DNA of 64,000 nucleotides, taken from positions 837,747 through 901,746 of the forward strand of contig CP064996.1 in assembly GCA_016699995.1 (NCBI GenBank), written 5' to 3'. Every line of letters begins with the position of its first letter. The first letter of the stretch is position 1. Positions 40,496-49,840 of this stretch are shown piece after piece. Made by a program: the position numbers and the translations under genes. The stretch comes from a bacterium (GTDB lineage: Bacteria > Patescibacteriota > Doudnabacteria > UBA920). The notes below the pieces were generated by a model, which had not been told where the DNA came from, did no database searches, and saw only the letters and a program-made list of their open reading frames with translations.

Positions 40496-42436
40496 ATGAA
40501 CTTATCTTCGCTATCTCACGAATTGAATATGTCGATCCAGGAGCTGCGCGCTAAAGCAAACGCAGCCGGTTTTCATATTTCCCCGCGAGCCAATAAGATA
40601 GACAATCACTTGGCGAAGAAGATTGCGCAGGCCTTGAGCGCTAAACCTAAAGAAACAGCGCCGAAAGATACCACTCCCAAGAAAGTGTCTTTGCCGGCAT
40701 TTATCAAAGTTCGCGACTTTGCCGAGCTGCTAAAACTGCCGGTAACGGATGTAATTCGCACGCTCATTACCAATGGCGTAATGGCCACCATAAACGAAGA
40801 GGTGGACTTCGAAACTGCCAGCATTATTGCGCAAGATCTAGGTTACGAGGTTGCTAGCGAAAAGACTGATGATGTAAAAGAATTCGGAAGCGGTTTTTTG
40901 CAGGAGCAATTAGCAGCAGAAACCGAATCAGAAAAAGTTGCCCGCGCTCCAATTGTGGCTGTAATGGGCCATGTCGACCATGGCAAGACTACTTTGCTTG
41001 ACGCGATCCGAGAAACAGATGTTGTGGCCGGAGAAAGCGGGGGAATCACCCAGCACATTGGTGCGTACCAAGTTAAAAAAGATGGTCAGGCTATAACCTT
41101 TTTAGATACTCCCGGCCACGAAGCTTTCGTAGAAATGCGCGCCCGTGGTGCTAACGTAACCGACATGATTATTCTGGTAGTAGCTGCAGACGACAGTGTT
41201 CGTCCGCAAACTATCGAGGTTATTAATCGCGCTAAGTTCACCAATACCCCCATAATCGTTGCTATCAATAAGATCGATAAAGAGGGCGCAAATATTCCTA
41301 AAGTAAAACAGGAGCTAGCCGAACACGGCATTCTTACCGAAGAATGGGGTGGAAAAACTATTACGGTAGAAATCTCTGCGAAGAACAAAATTGGGATCGA
41401 CAACTTGCTAGAAATGGTTTTGCTGCAAGCCGAAGTAGAAAACTATACCGCTAATCCAAAAGGCAAACTGCTTGGTACAGTTATCGAATCCCATGTCTCT
41501 CAGGGGCAGGGTCCGGTAGCGACAGTTATTATTCAAAACGGCAGCTTAAAAGTAGGGGATATCATGGTAGCCGGAATCGGTTTTGGAAAAGTTAAATCTA
41601 TGGAAGACGAGCATGGCAAGAAAGTTAAAGTTGCCGGACCATCGACGCCGGTAGTAATCTCCGGATTTTCAGATCTTCCCGAAGCAGGTGATATTTTGCA
41701 AACCACCGAGACTTTAGACCAAGCTCGAGAAATCGGCACAACTGCGCAAAAGCTTAAGCACAGCCGCCGCTTAACTGTCCGCTCCAAACTTCAACTTGAT
41801 GATGACTCTAAAGCATTGAATTTAATTTTAAAGTCAGACGTTGCCGGATCGCTGGAAGCAATCAAGCAGTCATTCAGCAAACTAAAGAATGACGAGGTTC
41901 AGATCAATATACTGAGCGAGGGAATTGGCGAAGTAAACGAAAACGATATTCTGCTGGCAGAAAGCTCTAAGGCTAACATCATTGCTTTCCGGGTAAAGAC
42001 TAATCCAAAGGCAGTTAACCTGGCCAAGCAAAAAAAAGTCAACGTCGATAACTACGACGTAATTTACGAACTGTTAGAAAATGTAACCAGTGCCGTAGTA
42101 GAAATGTTTACTCCGGAAATGGAAAAGAAAACATTTGGGCGTGGCAAGATTTTAGCCATCTTCCGAACCGAAAAGGGCCAGATGATTGTTGGCGGAATGG
42201 TATTGGAGGGAGAGATCCGCAAGAATAAACAAATTGCCATTGTCAAAAAGAATGATGAAGGCGAATATCAAGAAGTGGCACGAGGAGAAATCCTGGAGCT
42301 TCAGCAAGGCAAAGTAGAAACCAAAGAAGTGGCTCGCAATAATGAGTTTGGCATGAAAATCAAAACCAATTATAAGCTGCAAGTAGATGACCTTATAGAA
42401 AGTTTTGAAGAGAGCCTTAAGCAGAAAAGCCTATAA
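40496..42436 (+). CDS. infB: translation initiation factor IF-2
   Basis: GTPase G1 [23 protein letters not shown]; IF-2 domain order. Confidence 0.95.
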   Translation: MNLSSLSHELNMSIQELRAKANAAGFHISPRANKIDNHLAKKIAQALSAKPKETAPKDTTPKKVSLPAFIKVRDFAELLKLPVTDVIRTLITNGVMATINEEVDFETASIIAQDLGYEVASEKTDDVKEFGSGFLQEQLAAETESEKVARAPIVAVMGHVDHGKTTLLDAIRETDVVAGESGGITQHIGAYQVKKDGQAITFLDTPGHEAFVEMRARGANVTDMIILVVAADDSVRPQTIEVINRAKFTNTPIIVAINKIDKEGANIPKVKQELAEHGILTEEWGGKTITVEISAKNKIGIDNLLEMVLLQAEVENYTANPKGKLLGTVIESHVSQGQGPVATVIIQNGSLKVGDIMVAGIGFGKVKSMEDEHGKKVKVAGPSTPVVISGFSDLPEAGDILQTTETLDQAREIGTTAQKLKHSRRLTVRSKLQLDDDSKALNLILKSDVAGSLEAIKQSFSKLKNDEVQINILSEGIGEVNENDILLAESSKANIIAFRVKTNPKAVNLAKQKKVNVDNYDVIYELLENVTSAVVEMFTPEMEKKTFGRGKILAIFRTEKGQMIVGGMVLEGEIRKNKQIAIVKKNDEGEYQEVARGEILELQQGKVETKEVARNNEFGMKIKTNYKLQVDDLIESFEESLKQKSL

Positions 42437-42465
42437 AACCGCCCCGATATGGCGGTTTTATTTAT
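42436..42465 (+). terminator. rho-independent terminator after infB
   Basis: Hairpin ACCGCC-CCGATAT-GGCGGT followed by T-rich run. Confidence 0.6.
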
Positions 42466-42495
42466 GGTATCATTTAATTAATTAAGCATAATCAT

Positions 42496-42795
42496 ATGAA
42501 TGAATATGGTCATACCCCGGAGGAGGCGGAGGATTTTAAATTCGAAGAGAATAATGATGATTTTGAAGCTGGGAGAGCTGAACATTTGGCTCAAATAGAA
42601 GAAAAGCAAATCCAGCGCGATAAAGAAATTAAGGAATGGGAAGCAAAACGCCACCAAAACCATCTAATGAAGGAAGAAGAGTCCCGATTAAGACAACAAG
42701 GTGCAGAAAAGGCCTCTAAGCATTTCAAAAAGAAAGATATGTTTGGCCGTCCCTGGAAAACCAAAGGCACACCCGAGGTACCCATTAGTAAGTAA
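42496..42795 (+). CDS. hypothetical charged small protein
   Basis: 99-aa ORF followed by hairpin terminator (CCCGCC..GGCGGG + T-run). Confidence 0.45.
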   Translation: MNEYGHTPEEAEDFKFEENNDDFEAGRAEHLAQIEEKQIQRDKEIKEWEAKRHQNHLMKEEESRLRQQGAEKASKHFKKKDMFGRPWKTKGTPEVPISK

Positions 42796-42893
42796 ACCAA
42801 AACCCGCCAAAGCCAGGCGGGTTTATTATTTTCAATATTTCTGCGGCGGCGGCTTGATATAATATAGACAGTTTGGTATATTAATTCTTCGCT

Positions 42894-43253
42894 ATGAAGC
42901 AAAAAGAACCCAAAAATCCTAATCGAATCCCAAAACTAAACTCTCTTTTACAACAATTAGTAGGAGAGGCAATTTTACCGTACTTAAAAGGGGTAAACGG
43001 TTTAACCACAGTGAGCAGGGTGGAAGTGAGCGGGGATTCTCGCTGGGCCAAAGTCTGGGTTTCCATTGTTGGAGGCGATGACGATGAGATTATGAAGATT
43101 ATAAAAGATAATATTTACGACATTCAAGGGGAGATCAACAAGCAGCTGCAAATGAAGATGGTCCCGCGGCTGCAATTCTTTTTGGACACTTCTCCCCGCT
43201 ACGCGCAGCATATTAACGAACTGATCGATAAACTTCACAAGGAAGAAGACTAA
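42894..43253 (+). CDS. rbfA: ribosome-binding factor A
   Basis: RIPKLNSLLQQLVGEAI and VPRLQFFLDTSPRYAQHINELIDKL typical of RbfA; downstream of infB. Confidence 0.85.
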   Translation: MKQKEPKNPNRIPKLNSLLQQLVGEAILPYLKGVNGLTTVSRVEVSGDSRWAKVWVSIVGGDDDEIMKIIKDNIYDIQGEINKQLQMKMVPRLQFFLDTSPRYAQHINELIDKLHKEED

Positions 43254-44203
43254 TGCAGGAAAATTTCTTACAAGCTAAACAACTAATGGAATCCTCAAAT
43301 CGGATTCTATTTACTACGCACGAACGCACTGACGGTGACGATCTGGGTTCAGTTTTGGCTTTGGCTATAGCGGCCCAAGAAATGGGGAAGCATGTTACCA
43401 TAGCTGTAACCGAAGGCGTACCAAGCCGCTTGAGCTATATGCCGATGTCGGATGAAGTATTGAGCGACATCAACCACACAAACTTCGACCTGCTGATTAT
43501 TTCCGGCTGCTCTCATTTGGGACGGGTTAATAATCCTAATATTCAAAATCTGAAAATTCCAAAAATCAACTTTGACCATCATCCAGATAACCAATTTTAT
43601 GCAGAAGTAAATGTTGTTGATCACACCAAGTCTTCCGTGGCGGAATTGGTGTTTGATTTCTTCAAGTTTTGCGGATGGGAGATCAGCCACGACATTGCAA
43701 CCAACTTGTTAACAGGAATTGTCACAGACACAGGATTGCTAATGCATTCCAACACCCAAGCCAGCACTTTAGAGGCGGCTTCGGAATTAATGAAAAGCGG
43801 CGCGCGCATCAGCCAGGTCAGCAAGCATACATTTAACAACGCTGACCCAATTCAGCTCAAAGCATGGGGACAGGCTTTAACAAATTCTTACTACAATCCC
43901 GACAACCAGGTAATCTATTCTGTAATTACTCAGGACCAACTGCAAAGCTTGGGTAACCCAGAACAAGCCAGTTTCGAAGGTTTGGTGGAAACTCTCAATA
44001 AAGTTCCAGAAGCCAAATACGCAATGTTTCTCAAGGAAGACGGGGATCGTATTAAAGGCAGCCTGCGCAGCGAAGAGTACAAAGGGGTAAACGTGCAGCA
44101 AATCGCCCAAAAACTGGGCGGCGGCGGGCACAAATTGGCAGCCGGATTCTCTATGGTAGGGAAGCTGGCTAAAACACCGGACGGAAAATGGGAGATTATA
44201 TAA
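43253..44203 (+). CDS. nrnA: DHH-family phosphoesterase (NrnA-like nanoRNase/pAp phosphatase)
   Basis: 316 aa; DHH motif region (FDHHPDN), GGGGH near C-terminus. Confidence 0.75.
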   Translation: MQENFLQAKQLMESSNRILFTTHERTDGDDLGSVLALAIAAQEMGKHVTIAVTEGVPSRLSYMPMSDEVLSDINHTNFDLLIISGCSHLGRVNNPNIQNLKIPKINFDHHPDNQFYAEVNVVDHTKSSVAELVFDFFKFCGWEISHDIATNLLTGIVTDTGLLMHSNTQASTLEAASELMKSGARISQVSKHTFNNADPIQLKAWGQALTNSYYNPDNQVIYSVITQDQLQSLGNPEQASFEGLVETLNKVPEAKYAMFLKEDGDRIKGSLRSEEYKGVNVQQIAQKLGGGGHKLAAGFSMVGKLAKTPDGKWEII

Positions 44204-44229
44204 AAAACTTTGCTTATGCAAAGTTTTTT
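44202..44229. terminator. perfect palindromic hairpin between nrnA and tRNA-Leu (bidirectional terminator candidate)
   Basis: AAAAAACTTTGC-TTAT-GCAAAGTTTTTT. Confidence 0.6.
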
Positions 44230-44314
44230 GGTGCGCGGGAGAGGACTCGAACCTCCACGCCCTAGGGGCACTGCCACCTCAAGGCAGCCTGGCTACCAGT
44301 TACAGCACCCGCGC
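44229..44314 (-). tRNA. tRNA-Leu (anticodon GAG)
   Basis: 86 nt; long variable arm; anticodon stem CTGCC/GGCAG, loop UUGAGGU; discriminator A; CCA encoded. Confidence 0.85.
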
Positions 44315-44317
44315 TAG

Positions 44318-45004
44318 TTATAAAGACTCAGAAATTATATCTAATGCTTGTTTAATTTTCAATAGCTTACGAGTCAAACATAAACTACTATTTGAATACA
44401 TTTTTCTTAAAATAACCAAGCTCTCTTTTTTGCCATACCTTAATTGATAAACAGAAGAGTTCTTATTTTTACTAATGTGACCAGAGACTCTATATTTTAA
44501 ACTGTTTTGTACCCGTAACCAGTTAATATGATTTTCGCTAGCCGACATAAAAACTAAATAAAACAGAAAACTGGAAGGCCATCTTTTATCTTTGTAAGAA
44601 TAAAAGGTTCCGTCTCCATCAAAATGACCCCTCAAAAAGTCATCATAATATCGTTTTGGAATTTTGACTTCTGCTATAACTTTTGACTTACTAGGCATCA
44701 AGCCGATAGATAGTAAAAACTTATAAAGATTTATACTACCAAACTGTAAAAAGTAGCAGGTGGTTTTAGGTTCTGCACCTCGGATTTTGAGAGATATTTT
44801 ATTGGTTAAGTTAAGAGTATTTTTAACTATATTGACTAACTCTATATCCTTAGACGTAAAATTAATATGCCTACCATCCTTGGAAAGATTTCCATCAGTA
44901 ACGATTAACCCAATAACATAAGCAAAATCAGGGGACCATACAATTTTTTCAAAATGATTAGTGCTCATATCGATATCATACCTCAAGGCGTTAGCGTATA
45001 CCAA
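44318..45004 (-). CDS. LAGLIDADG-family homing endonuclease (two-motif, free-standing)
   Basis: Motif 1 VIGLIVTDGNLSKDG and motif 2 FLRGHFDGDGTF; stop 4 nt from tRNA-Leu 5' end. Confidence 0.75.
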   Translation of the reverse strand: MVYANALRYDIDMSTNHFEKIVWSPDFAYVIGLIVTDGNLSKDGRHINFTSKDIELVNIVKNTLNLTNKISLKIRGAEPKTTCYFLQFGSINLYKFLLSIGLMPSKSKVIAEVKIPKRYYDDFLRGHFDGDGTFYSYKDKRWPSSFLFYLVFMSASENHINWLRVQNSLKYRVSGHISKNKNSSVYQLRYGKKESLVILRKMYSNSSLCLTRKLLKIKQALDIISESL

Positions 45005-45069
45005 TATATATCAATAACCTCTTGCAAAAATATACCTAATTCTATATAATCATTAAGTTAGCAAATTTA

Positions 45070-45146
45070 GGGCGATTAGCTCAGTTGGTTAGAGCGTCTC
45101 GTTTACACCGAGAAGGCCAAAGGTTCGAATCCTTTATCGCCCACCA
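45070..45146 (+). tRNA. tRNA-Val (anticodon UAC)
   Basis: 77 nt; anticodon stem TCTCG/CGAGA, loop UUUACAC; T-loop GGTTCGAATCC; CCA encoded. Confidence 0.9.
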
Positions 45147-45162
45147 TGCGAAAATTTAATAT

Positions 45163-45448
45163 GCCCTGGTAGCTCAGTGGTAGAGCAGACGCCTGAATCT
45201 TCGGGCCATGCGAGAGTAATTTTGCAATGCAAATCGGGTGAACTCGGGGAACATCTAAATACATTTAGACAATCCCGAGCCAAGCCAAGAACGGGTTAAT
45301 ACTTCTTGGAAGGTGTAGAGACTAGTAGGTGAGCCCAACAATAATCCTACGGATAGCGCCCGACTTCCTTTCCAAAGGAAGATGATATAGTCCAAAATGA
45401 CGCAGGAAGAGCGTCGTGTCGTCAGTTCAATTCTGACCCGGGGCACCA
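45163..45448 (+). tRNA. tRNA-Phe (anticodon GAA) interrupted by a 211-nt group I intron in the anticodon loop
   Basis: 5' exon GCCCTGGTAGCTCAGTGGTAGAGCAGACGCCU; 3' exon GAAGAGCGTCGTGTCGTCAGTTCAATTCTGACCCGGGGCACCA; exons join to a canonical tRNA. Confidence 0.8.
45195..45405 (+). ncRNA. group I self-splicing intron (tRNA-type, IC3-like)
   Basis: Core elements GGTGTAGAGACTAG and GATGATATAGTCC (P7 strands GACUA/UAGUC), GAGCCAAGCC; guide sequence UCUUCGGGC pairs with both exon ends; terminal G precedes 3' exon. Confidence 0.75.
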
Positions 45449-45524
45449 TTAAAAAACAGTGAAATTTTCACTGTTTTTTAATACATAAGTTTTCGTACCG
45501 CTGTGCTATACTTTAAGCATACCC

Positions 45525-46214
45525 ATGAGAAACGATAAAGAAAAGGCACTGAAACTAAGGTTAACAGGAAAAAGCTACACAGAAATAGCTCAAGTTTTAA
45601 AAATTCCCAAAAGCACCCTTTCTACTTGGTTTAAAAACTTGCAATTGTCTAAAATTGCCTCCGATAGGCTAAATGACAAAACCAAGAAGGGGGCCTTAAA
45701 AGGATTGCTCAAAAGAAATGCATTACAAACTAAGCTAGCGCATGCAAAAGCAAAAAAAATCAGATCAGCAGCCATGCTAGAAATAGGAAGACTATCTAAC
45801 AGAGAACTGTTATTGATTGGCGCAGCCTTATATTGGGGTGAGGGTCATAAACGAGCCATTATGAAGAATGGAGTTGCCCGCTCTTACCATCCTGTTAGCC
45901 TATCTAATTCCGATCCGAAACTCGTTGCTATTTTTCTCGAATTTTTAAGAAAAGTTTGCAAGATAGAAGAAAATAGACTAAAAGCTGGCCTAAGAATTTA
46001 TCAACATCAAAATCCTGAGCAGCTCTTGCAATTTTGGTCAAAATTGACTAAAATTCCTAAAGAACGTTTCGAAAAGTTCTACTATGGCGTGAGTAAATCC
46101 ACTCTAAATAAAAGGCCTTACAATGTGCTGCCTTACGGGACAATTCAGGTCAGGATAGGCGACACAGCAACTTTCCATAAGATTATGGGTTGGATAGAGG
46201 GGATTGCAAATTAA
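45525..46214 (+). CDS. HTH-domain protein, possible single-motif LAGLIDADG-like endonuclease
   Basis: 229 aa; N-terminal HTH LTGKSYTEIAQVLKIPKSTLSTWF; LLLIGAALYWGEGHK weakly resembles a LAGLIDADG motif; sits between intron-containing tRNA-Phe and tRNA-Gly. Confidence 0.4.
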   Translation: MRNDKEKALKLRLTGKSYTEIAQVLKIPKSTLSTWFKNLQLSKIASDRLNDKTKKGALKGLLKRNALQTKLAHAKAKKIRSAAMLEIGRLSNRELLLIGAALYWGEGHKRAIMKNGVARSYHPVSLSNSDPKLVAIFLEFLRKVCKIEENRLKAGLRIYQHQNPEQLLQFWSKLTKIPKERFEKFYYGVSKSTLNKRPYNVLPYGTIQVRIGDTATFHKIMGWIEGIAN

Positions 46215-46220
46215 ATACGT

Positions 46221-46294
46221 GCGGCTATGGTTCAATGGTAGAACTCTTCCTTGCCAAGGAAGGGATACGGGTTCGATTCCCGTTAGCCGCTCCA
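46221..46294 (+). tRNA. tRNA-Gly (anticodon GCC)
   Basis: 74 nt; anticodon stem CTTCC/GGAAG, loop UUGCCAA; discriminator U; CCA encoded. Confidence 0.9.
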
Positions 46295-46361
46295 CCAAAA
46301 AACTCTCCCTAAAGGGGAGTTTTTTGTTATATAATATAGATAACATTATTAACTTAATAAA

Positions 46362-46901
46362 ATGTTAAGAAAAATTGTCTACACCCTAGTAGGGGCGTTG
46401 GTCTTTGGCACTATTGCTTGGTCCTTGGTCGTTGCTCAAAGCACCGATATCGACTCTGCAAACATGATCGCTATTATTGCCCTCATCGTAGGAGCCATTG
46501 CTGGCTATTGGCTGAGCAACAAAATCAAGGGAGGGGAAAGCCCTAAAACCTTTGCGGCGTTTTTTATCTTCCTAGGGGTTGTTCATTTAACTTTCCTGTT
46601 CATAAACTCGGACGGAGAAGCGTCATTGACCCCATCGCTTACTTTGGAAGGTTCTATCTCTGCCTTAATCGGTATCATACTGATAATAATTGGTCTTAAC
46701 ATTCGAACAATAATCAATAAATACTCGTCATGGATCCTAACCCTCAGTTATGTATCTATTGCCGGGTTGGTAATCTCTGCAATATACTTCTTTGCTACCC
46801 AAAATGACATGCTCTTAGGGATTCTGCTATGGTATGCCCTTGATGTTTATATCTTAGTCCATTTGATAAAGAGCTTAAAAAAACTTGGCAATCAAAGTTA
46901 A
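46362..46901 (+). CDS. hypothetical polytopic membrane protein
   Basis: 179-aa ORF with about 5 hydrophobic helices; hairpin terminator follows. Confidence 0.5.
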   Translation: MLRKIVYTLVGALVFGTIAWSLVVAQSTDIDSANMIAIIALIVGAIAGYWLSNKIKGGESPKTFAAFFIFLGVVHLTFLFINSDGEASLTPSLTLEGSISALIGIILIIIGLNIRTIINKYSSWILTLSYVSIAGLVISAIYFFATQNDMLLGILLWYALDVYILVHLIKSLKKLGNQS

Positions 46902-47020
46902 CAGAGAAAAAACTCCCGAGAGGGGGTTTTTGTTAATTTTCGATGTGTTACTATCTATATACAAAAACGTATACAAACTATAATACTGATAATTAACATT
47001 TGAACCTTATTTATATAATT

Positions 47021-47608
47021 ATGAAATCATTTAAATCATACTTATTACCAGCAGTCATAACTGCTATTGTCTTGGTGGGAGTAGTCTATTTTATGACGCC
47101 CCAGCAGAAAGATACCCAAGAAAGCCCTGCCCAGCAAACAAATAATCAAATCCCAGAAGAACCGACAAAAATCACTAATTATGATGAGTGTGTAGCTGCA
47201 GGCAATCCGAGCCTGGAAAGTTATCCGGCAAGATGTACTGCAAACGGCCAAACCTTTACTCAAGATATTGGCAATGAATTGGAAATGAATGATTTGATTC
47301 GTTCAGAAAGTCCTCGGCCTAATCAAATAGTTAGCTCGCCTTTGCAGATTAACGGAAAAGCTCGGGGCAATTGGTTCTTCGAAGCCTCGTTCCCTGCCCG
47401 ACTTCTAGACGCAAACGGTAAGGAGCTAGCACTAAAGCCTATTATGACCACTGAGGAATGGATGACTACCAACTTTGTTTCTTACAAGGGCACACTCACT
47501 TTCTCTAAACCAGCTACAGCTACCGGTACTCTAATTTTAAAAAAGGACAACCCGTCCGGATTGCCGGAGAATGACCAAGAACTCCGCATCCCAGTACGGT
47601 TTGAATAA
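47021..47608 (+). CDS. secreted protein with Gmad2-like immunoglobulin-like domain
   Basis: Signal peptide; C-terminal region GNWFFEASFPARLLDANGKEL..KDNPSGLPENDQELRIPVRF resembles Gmad2 domain; start taken at internal Met. Confidence 0.55.
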   Translation: MKSFKSYLLPAVITAIVLVGVVYFMTPQQKDTQESPAQQTNNQIPEEPTKITNYDECVAAGNPSLESYPARCTANGQTFTQDIGNELEMNDLIRSESPRPNQIVSSPLQINGKARGNWFFEASFPARLLDANGKELALKPIMTTEEWMTTNFVSYKGTLTFSKPATATGTLILKKDNPSGLPENDQELRIPVRFE

Positions 47609-47630
47609 TGAAATAAAAGCAAAATAAAAA

Positions 47631-47650
47631 ATCCTGTCGAAAAACAGGAT
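47631..47650. terminator. hairpin terminator between convergent genes
   Basis: ATCCTGT-CGAAAA-ACAGGAT flanked by A/T runs. Confidence 0.5.
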
Positions 47651-47656
47651 TTATAT

Positions 47657-47893
47657 TTATTCAGTCTTGATCATCTCGGTCTGTTCCGCTTCTGGCTGCG
47701 GATGCAGCTGCTTAGGCAAATACGGTATTTGCGTAAACATCAAAGCCAGCAGAGCGGCAATCAAAACCAAATAGTAACCTAACCATTTAACCTGGACGGA
47801 CTTTGGAACAACTTCCTCGTCTTCGGGTTCTTGGTCGCGGGTTATGAGCCTCTTGTATTCAAACCATACACCTAGATTAATAAAGGACGCCAA
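47657..47893 (-). CDS. hypothetical small membrane protein (may be a frame-shifted C-terminal extension of the M50 protease)
   Basis: 78-aa ORF with TTG start, overlaps upstream gene by 17 nt in a different frame. Confidence 0.3.
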   Translation of the reverse strand: MASFINLGVWFEYKRLITRDQEPEDEEVVPKSVQVKWLGYYLVLIAALLALMFTQIPYLPKQLHPQPEAEQTEMIKTE

Positions 47894-48647
47894 AACCGAT
47901 GTCGAGCATGTTAAGCCAGAAAGGCTGAGTGCTAAACCCAGTGAGCATTAGAATCATCATCAATCCCTGACAGACAAAGGCAGTAATCATCTTGAAAGTT
48001 GGATTAACTTTAAGATCAGCAATAATAATCAGCCAAATGAGCAGAATGTGAGGCTGGTGAACAACTATAGTCAGAGCTAATAGCAAAACAAATCCTACCC
48101 ATTTAAACCAGTCTCCAATAACCTGGGTAACTCTTCCACCATCCAAAGGACGAATCGGAATAAGATTAAACAGGTTAATGAATGCCGCTAAGTAACTTAG
48201 TATCAGCAATAATTCGTACTGAGTTGGCAGAACTGCCCAGATACCAAACAGTACCAAAGCAGAGATACCGCCTAGTAAGGGACCACCAATCCCGACAAAA
48301 GCTTCATTCTGCTTGCCTTTGAACTCTGGGGCAAAGATTGCCGCGCCCAACATTGGTATAAATACCGGAGCAGAGGTGGGCAACTTCTTAATTTTTAACG
48401 CAATCACATGCCCCATCTCATGGATGAACAGCATAATCACAAATCCAATAGCAAACCAGATTCCCCAAATAAAAGAATAAACAAAGGCGGACAGGGCCAT
48501 AGTAATCAAGGTCACAAATGGCTTCAAGAACTTCACGGCTTTAACGGCTTTCAGGGCCGTCAAAATTATTTTTGACTTAGACAAAAGGATCAGGGGTAAC
48601 AACAGCCATTTCCAGAATGGCTTCTTTTCTTCTAATTGATTCTCCAA
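47877..48647 (-). CDS. M50-family membrane zinc metalloprotease (site-2-protease-like)
   Basis: 256-aa polytopic membrane protein with HEMGH zinc motif (FIHEMGHVIALK). Confidence 0.75.
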   Translation of the reverse strand: MENQLEEKKPFWKWLLLPLILLSKSKIILTALKAVKAVKFLKPFVTLITMALSAFVYSFIWGIWFAIGFVIMLFIHEMGHVIALKIKKLPTSAPVFIPMLGAAIFAPEFKGKQNEAFVGIGGPLLGGISALVLFGIWAVLPTQYELLLILSYLAAFINLFNLIPIRPLDGGRVTQVIGDWFKWVGFVLLLALTIVVHQPHILLIWLIIIADLKVNPTFKMITAFVCQGLMMILMLTGFSTQPFWLNMLDIGFGVLY

Positions 48648-48828
48648 AACATTTTCCCTCCTTAAATTATTTTCGCACTTCTTCTAAACACGACAAGCTA
48701 TCACATCTAAAACTGAACCAGTAGTCAAACCCCTGTTAAATAAGCGCAAAAGGGTTCCGATTCGCCCCTTGGGCAAGCCAAAAAAAAGGTCTTTTGGCTT
48801 AAATAAGGCGTAAATGAACTAAAAAGAC

Positions 48829-48857
48829 TTGTAATTAAGCCAGATTTAAGGTATAAT
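48829..48857 (+). promoter_or_regulatory. sigma70-like promoter candidate (TTGTAA, 17-nt spacer, TATAAT) followed by a hairpin + T-run
   Basis: Near-consensus hexamers about 240 nt upstream of the 49098 ORF; hairpin ACTGC-TATT-GGCAGT + TTTTTT about 15 nt downstream of -10. Confidence 0.3.
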
Positions 48858-49097
48858 AGGTATGTAAGGTACTGCTATTGGCAGTCTTTTTTAATAGCAA
48901 AGACCCCTCAATATATATGGCAATTAGCCGAATATATTAGGAAATTTGCGAAACTAGTCTAAAAAAGCGCCAAAGTTGCAGTAACCCCAAAGGTCACTAA
49001 TTTATCATTCAATCCTCTTTTTTCGAATACAAAGGCTTTCCCTTTCTATAAGACCCTTTTGCCGAGAAATAGAGGTTAAGGAGTTGCCACTGAATAA

Positions 49098-49772
49098 ATG
49101 ACAGCTCGCTTATCCTTAAGTTCTGCAGTTGAGAAAGTAATCTTAATGGTCGCTTTCTTACCAGTAGTCACTATGGTTTATCCAGAGACTGCTGCCGCAG
49201 CTCTTGCTGTACAGAACTCAGGTGAAAAAGCTCTAGTTTTTCAAGTCAACTCAAAACAAAAAACAGAAATCATTCCTGCTACTACTGGTCTATCTTATGA
49301 TGAGTTAGTTCAGAACGATATCTTAGTTAAGAAAGTAAAGGCGTATTTGGAATCGAAAGGTTCCCCTTTGGCTATCTACTCTGATGAAATCGTAAAGCAA
49401 CCTCAGTGGCAACGCGCCTTAGCTATCAGTTTCGTCGAAAGCAACTTCGGTAAACGTTGTGCCAACAACAACTGTAGTGGTATAGGTGTAAGCCCTAGTC
49501 ATCCATCTTGGCGTCGTTATGCAACGAAGCTGGATTGGTTTAAGGACATGAGCGCTTTATTAGAAAAGCCTACTTATAAGCAAAAGTATACTACTTGTGC
49601 CAAAATGAAAGGCGTATACGTAGTACCTGGTTCCGCTCGATGGGTAAATGGTTGTAATAAGGTAAGCGAAGAATTGCTTGCTATTACAGCTCAAGCTGAA
49701 CAAGAACGTTTAGCTTTAGCCAACCAACCAAATGTATCCGTTGCAGTTCACGAACTAGCCTTGGTAAAATAA
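49098..49772 (+). CDS. hypothetical secreted protein
   Basis: 224-aa ORF with N-terminal hydrophobic segment; no family recognised. Confidence 0.5.
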   Translation: MTARLSLSSAVEKVILMVAFLPVVTMVYPETAAAALAVQNSGEKALVFQVNSKQKTEIIPATTGLSYDELVQNDILVKKVKAYLESKGSPLAIYSDEIVKQPQWQRALAISFVESNFGKRCANNNCSGIGVSPSHPSWRRYATKLDWFKDMSALLEKPTYKQKYTTCAKMKGVYVVPGSARWVNGCNKVSEELLAITAQAEQERLALANQPNVSVAVHELALVK

Positions 49773-49793
49773 GCTAGGAATTGAATTGAAATT

Positions 49794-49824
49794 AAAAGCC
49801 CTCGCCGAAAGGCGAGGGTTTTAA
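49794..49824. terminator. bidirectional hairpin terminator
   Basis: GCCCTCGCC-GAAA-GGCGAGGGT flanked by A and T runs, between convergent genes. Confidence 0.6.
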
Positions 49825-49840
49825 AATAACTGGTTAGTCA

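Noticed and set aside
45255-45449. 64-aa minus-strand ORF
   Set aside because: Overlaps the tRNA-Phe 3' exon and group I intron (peptide VPRVRIELTT is a T-arm translation).
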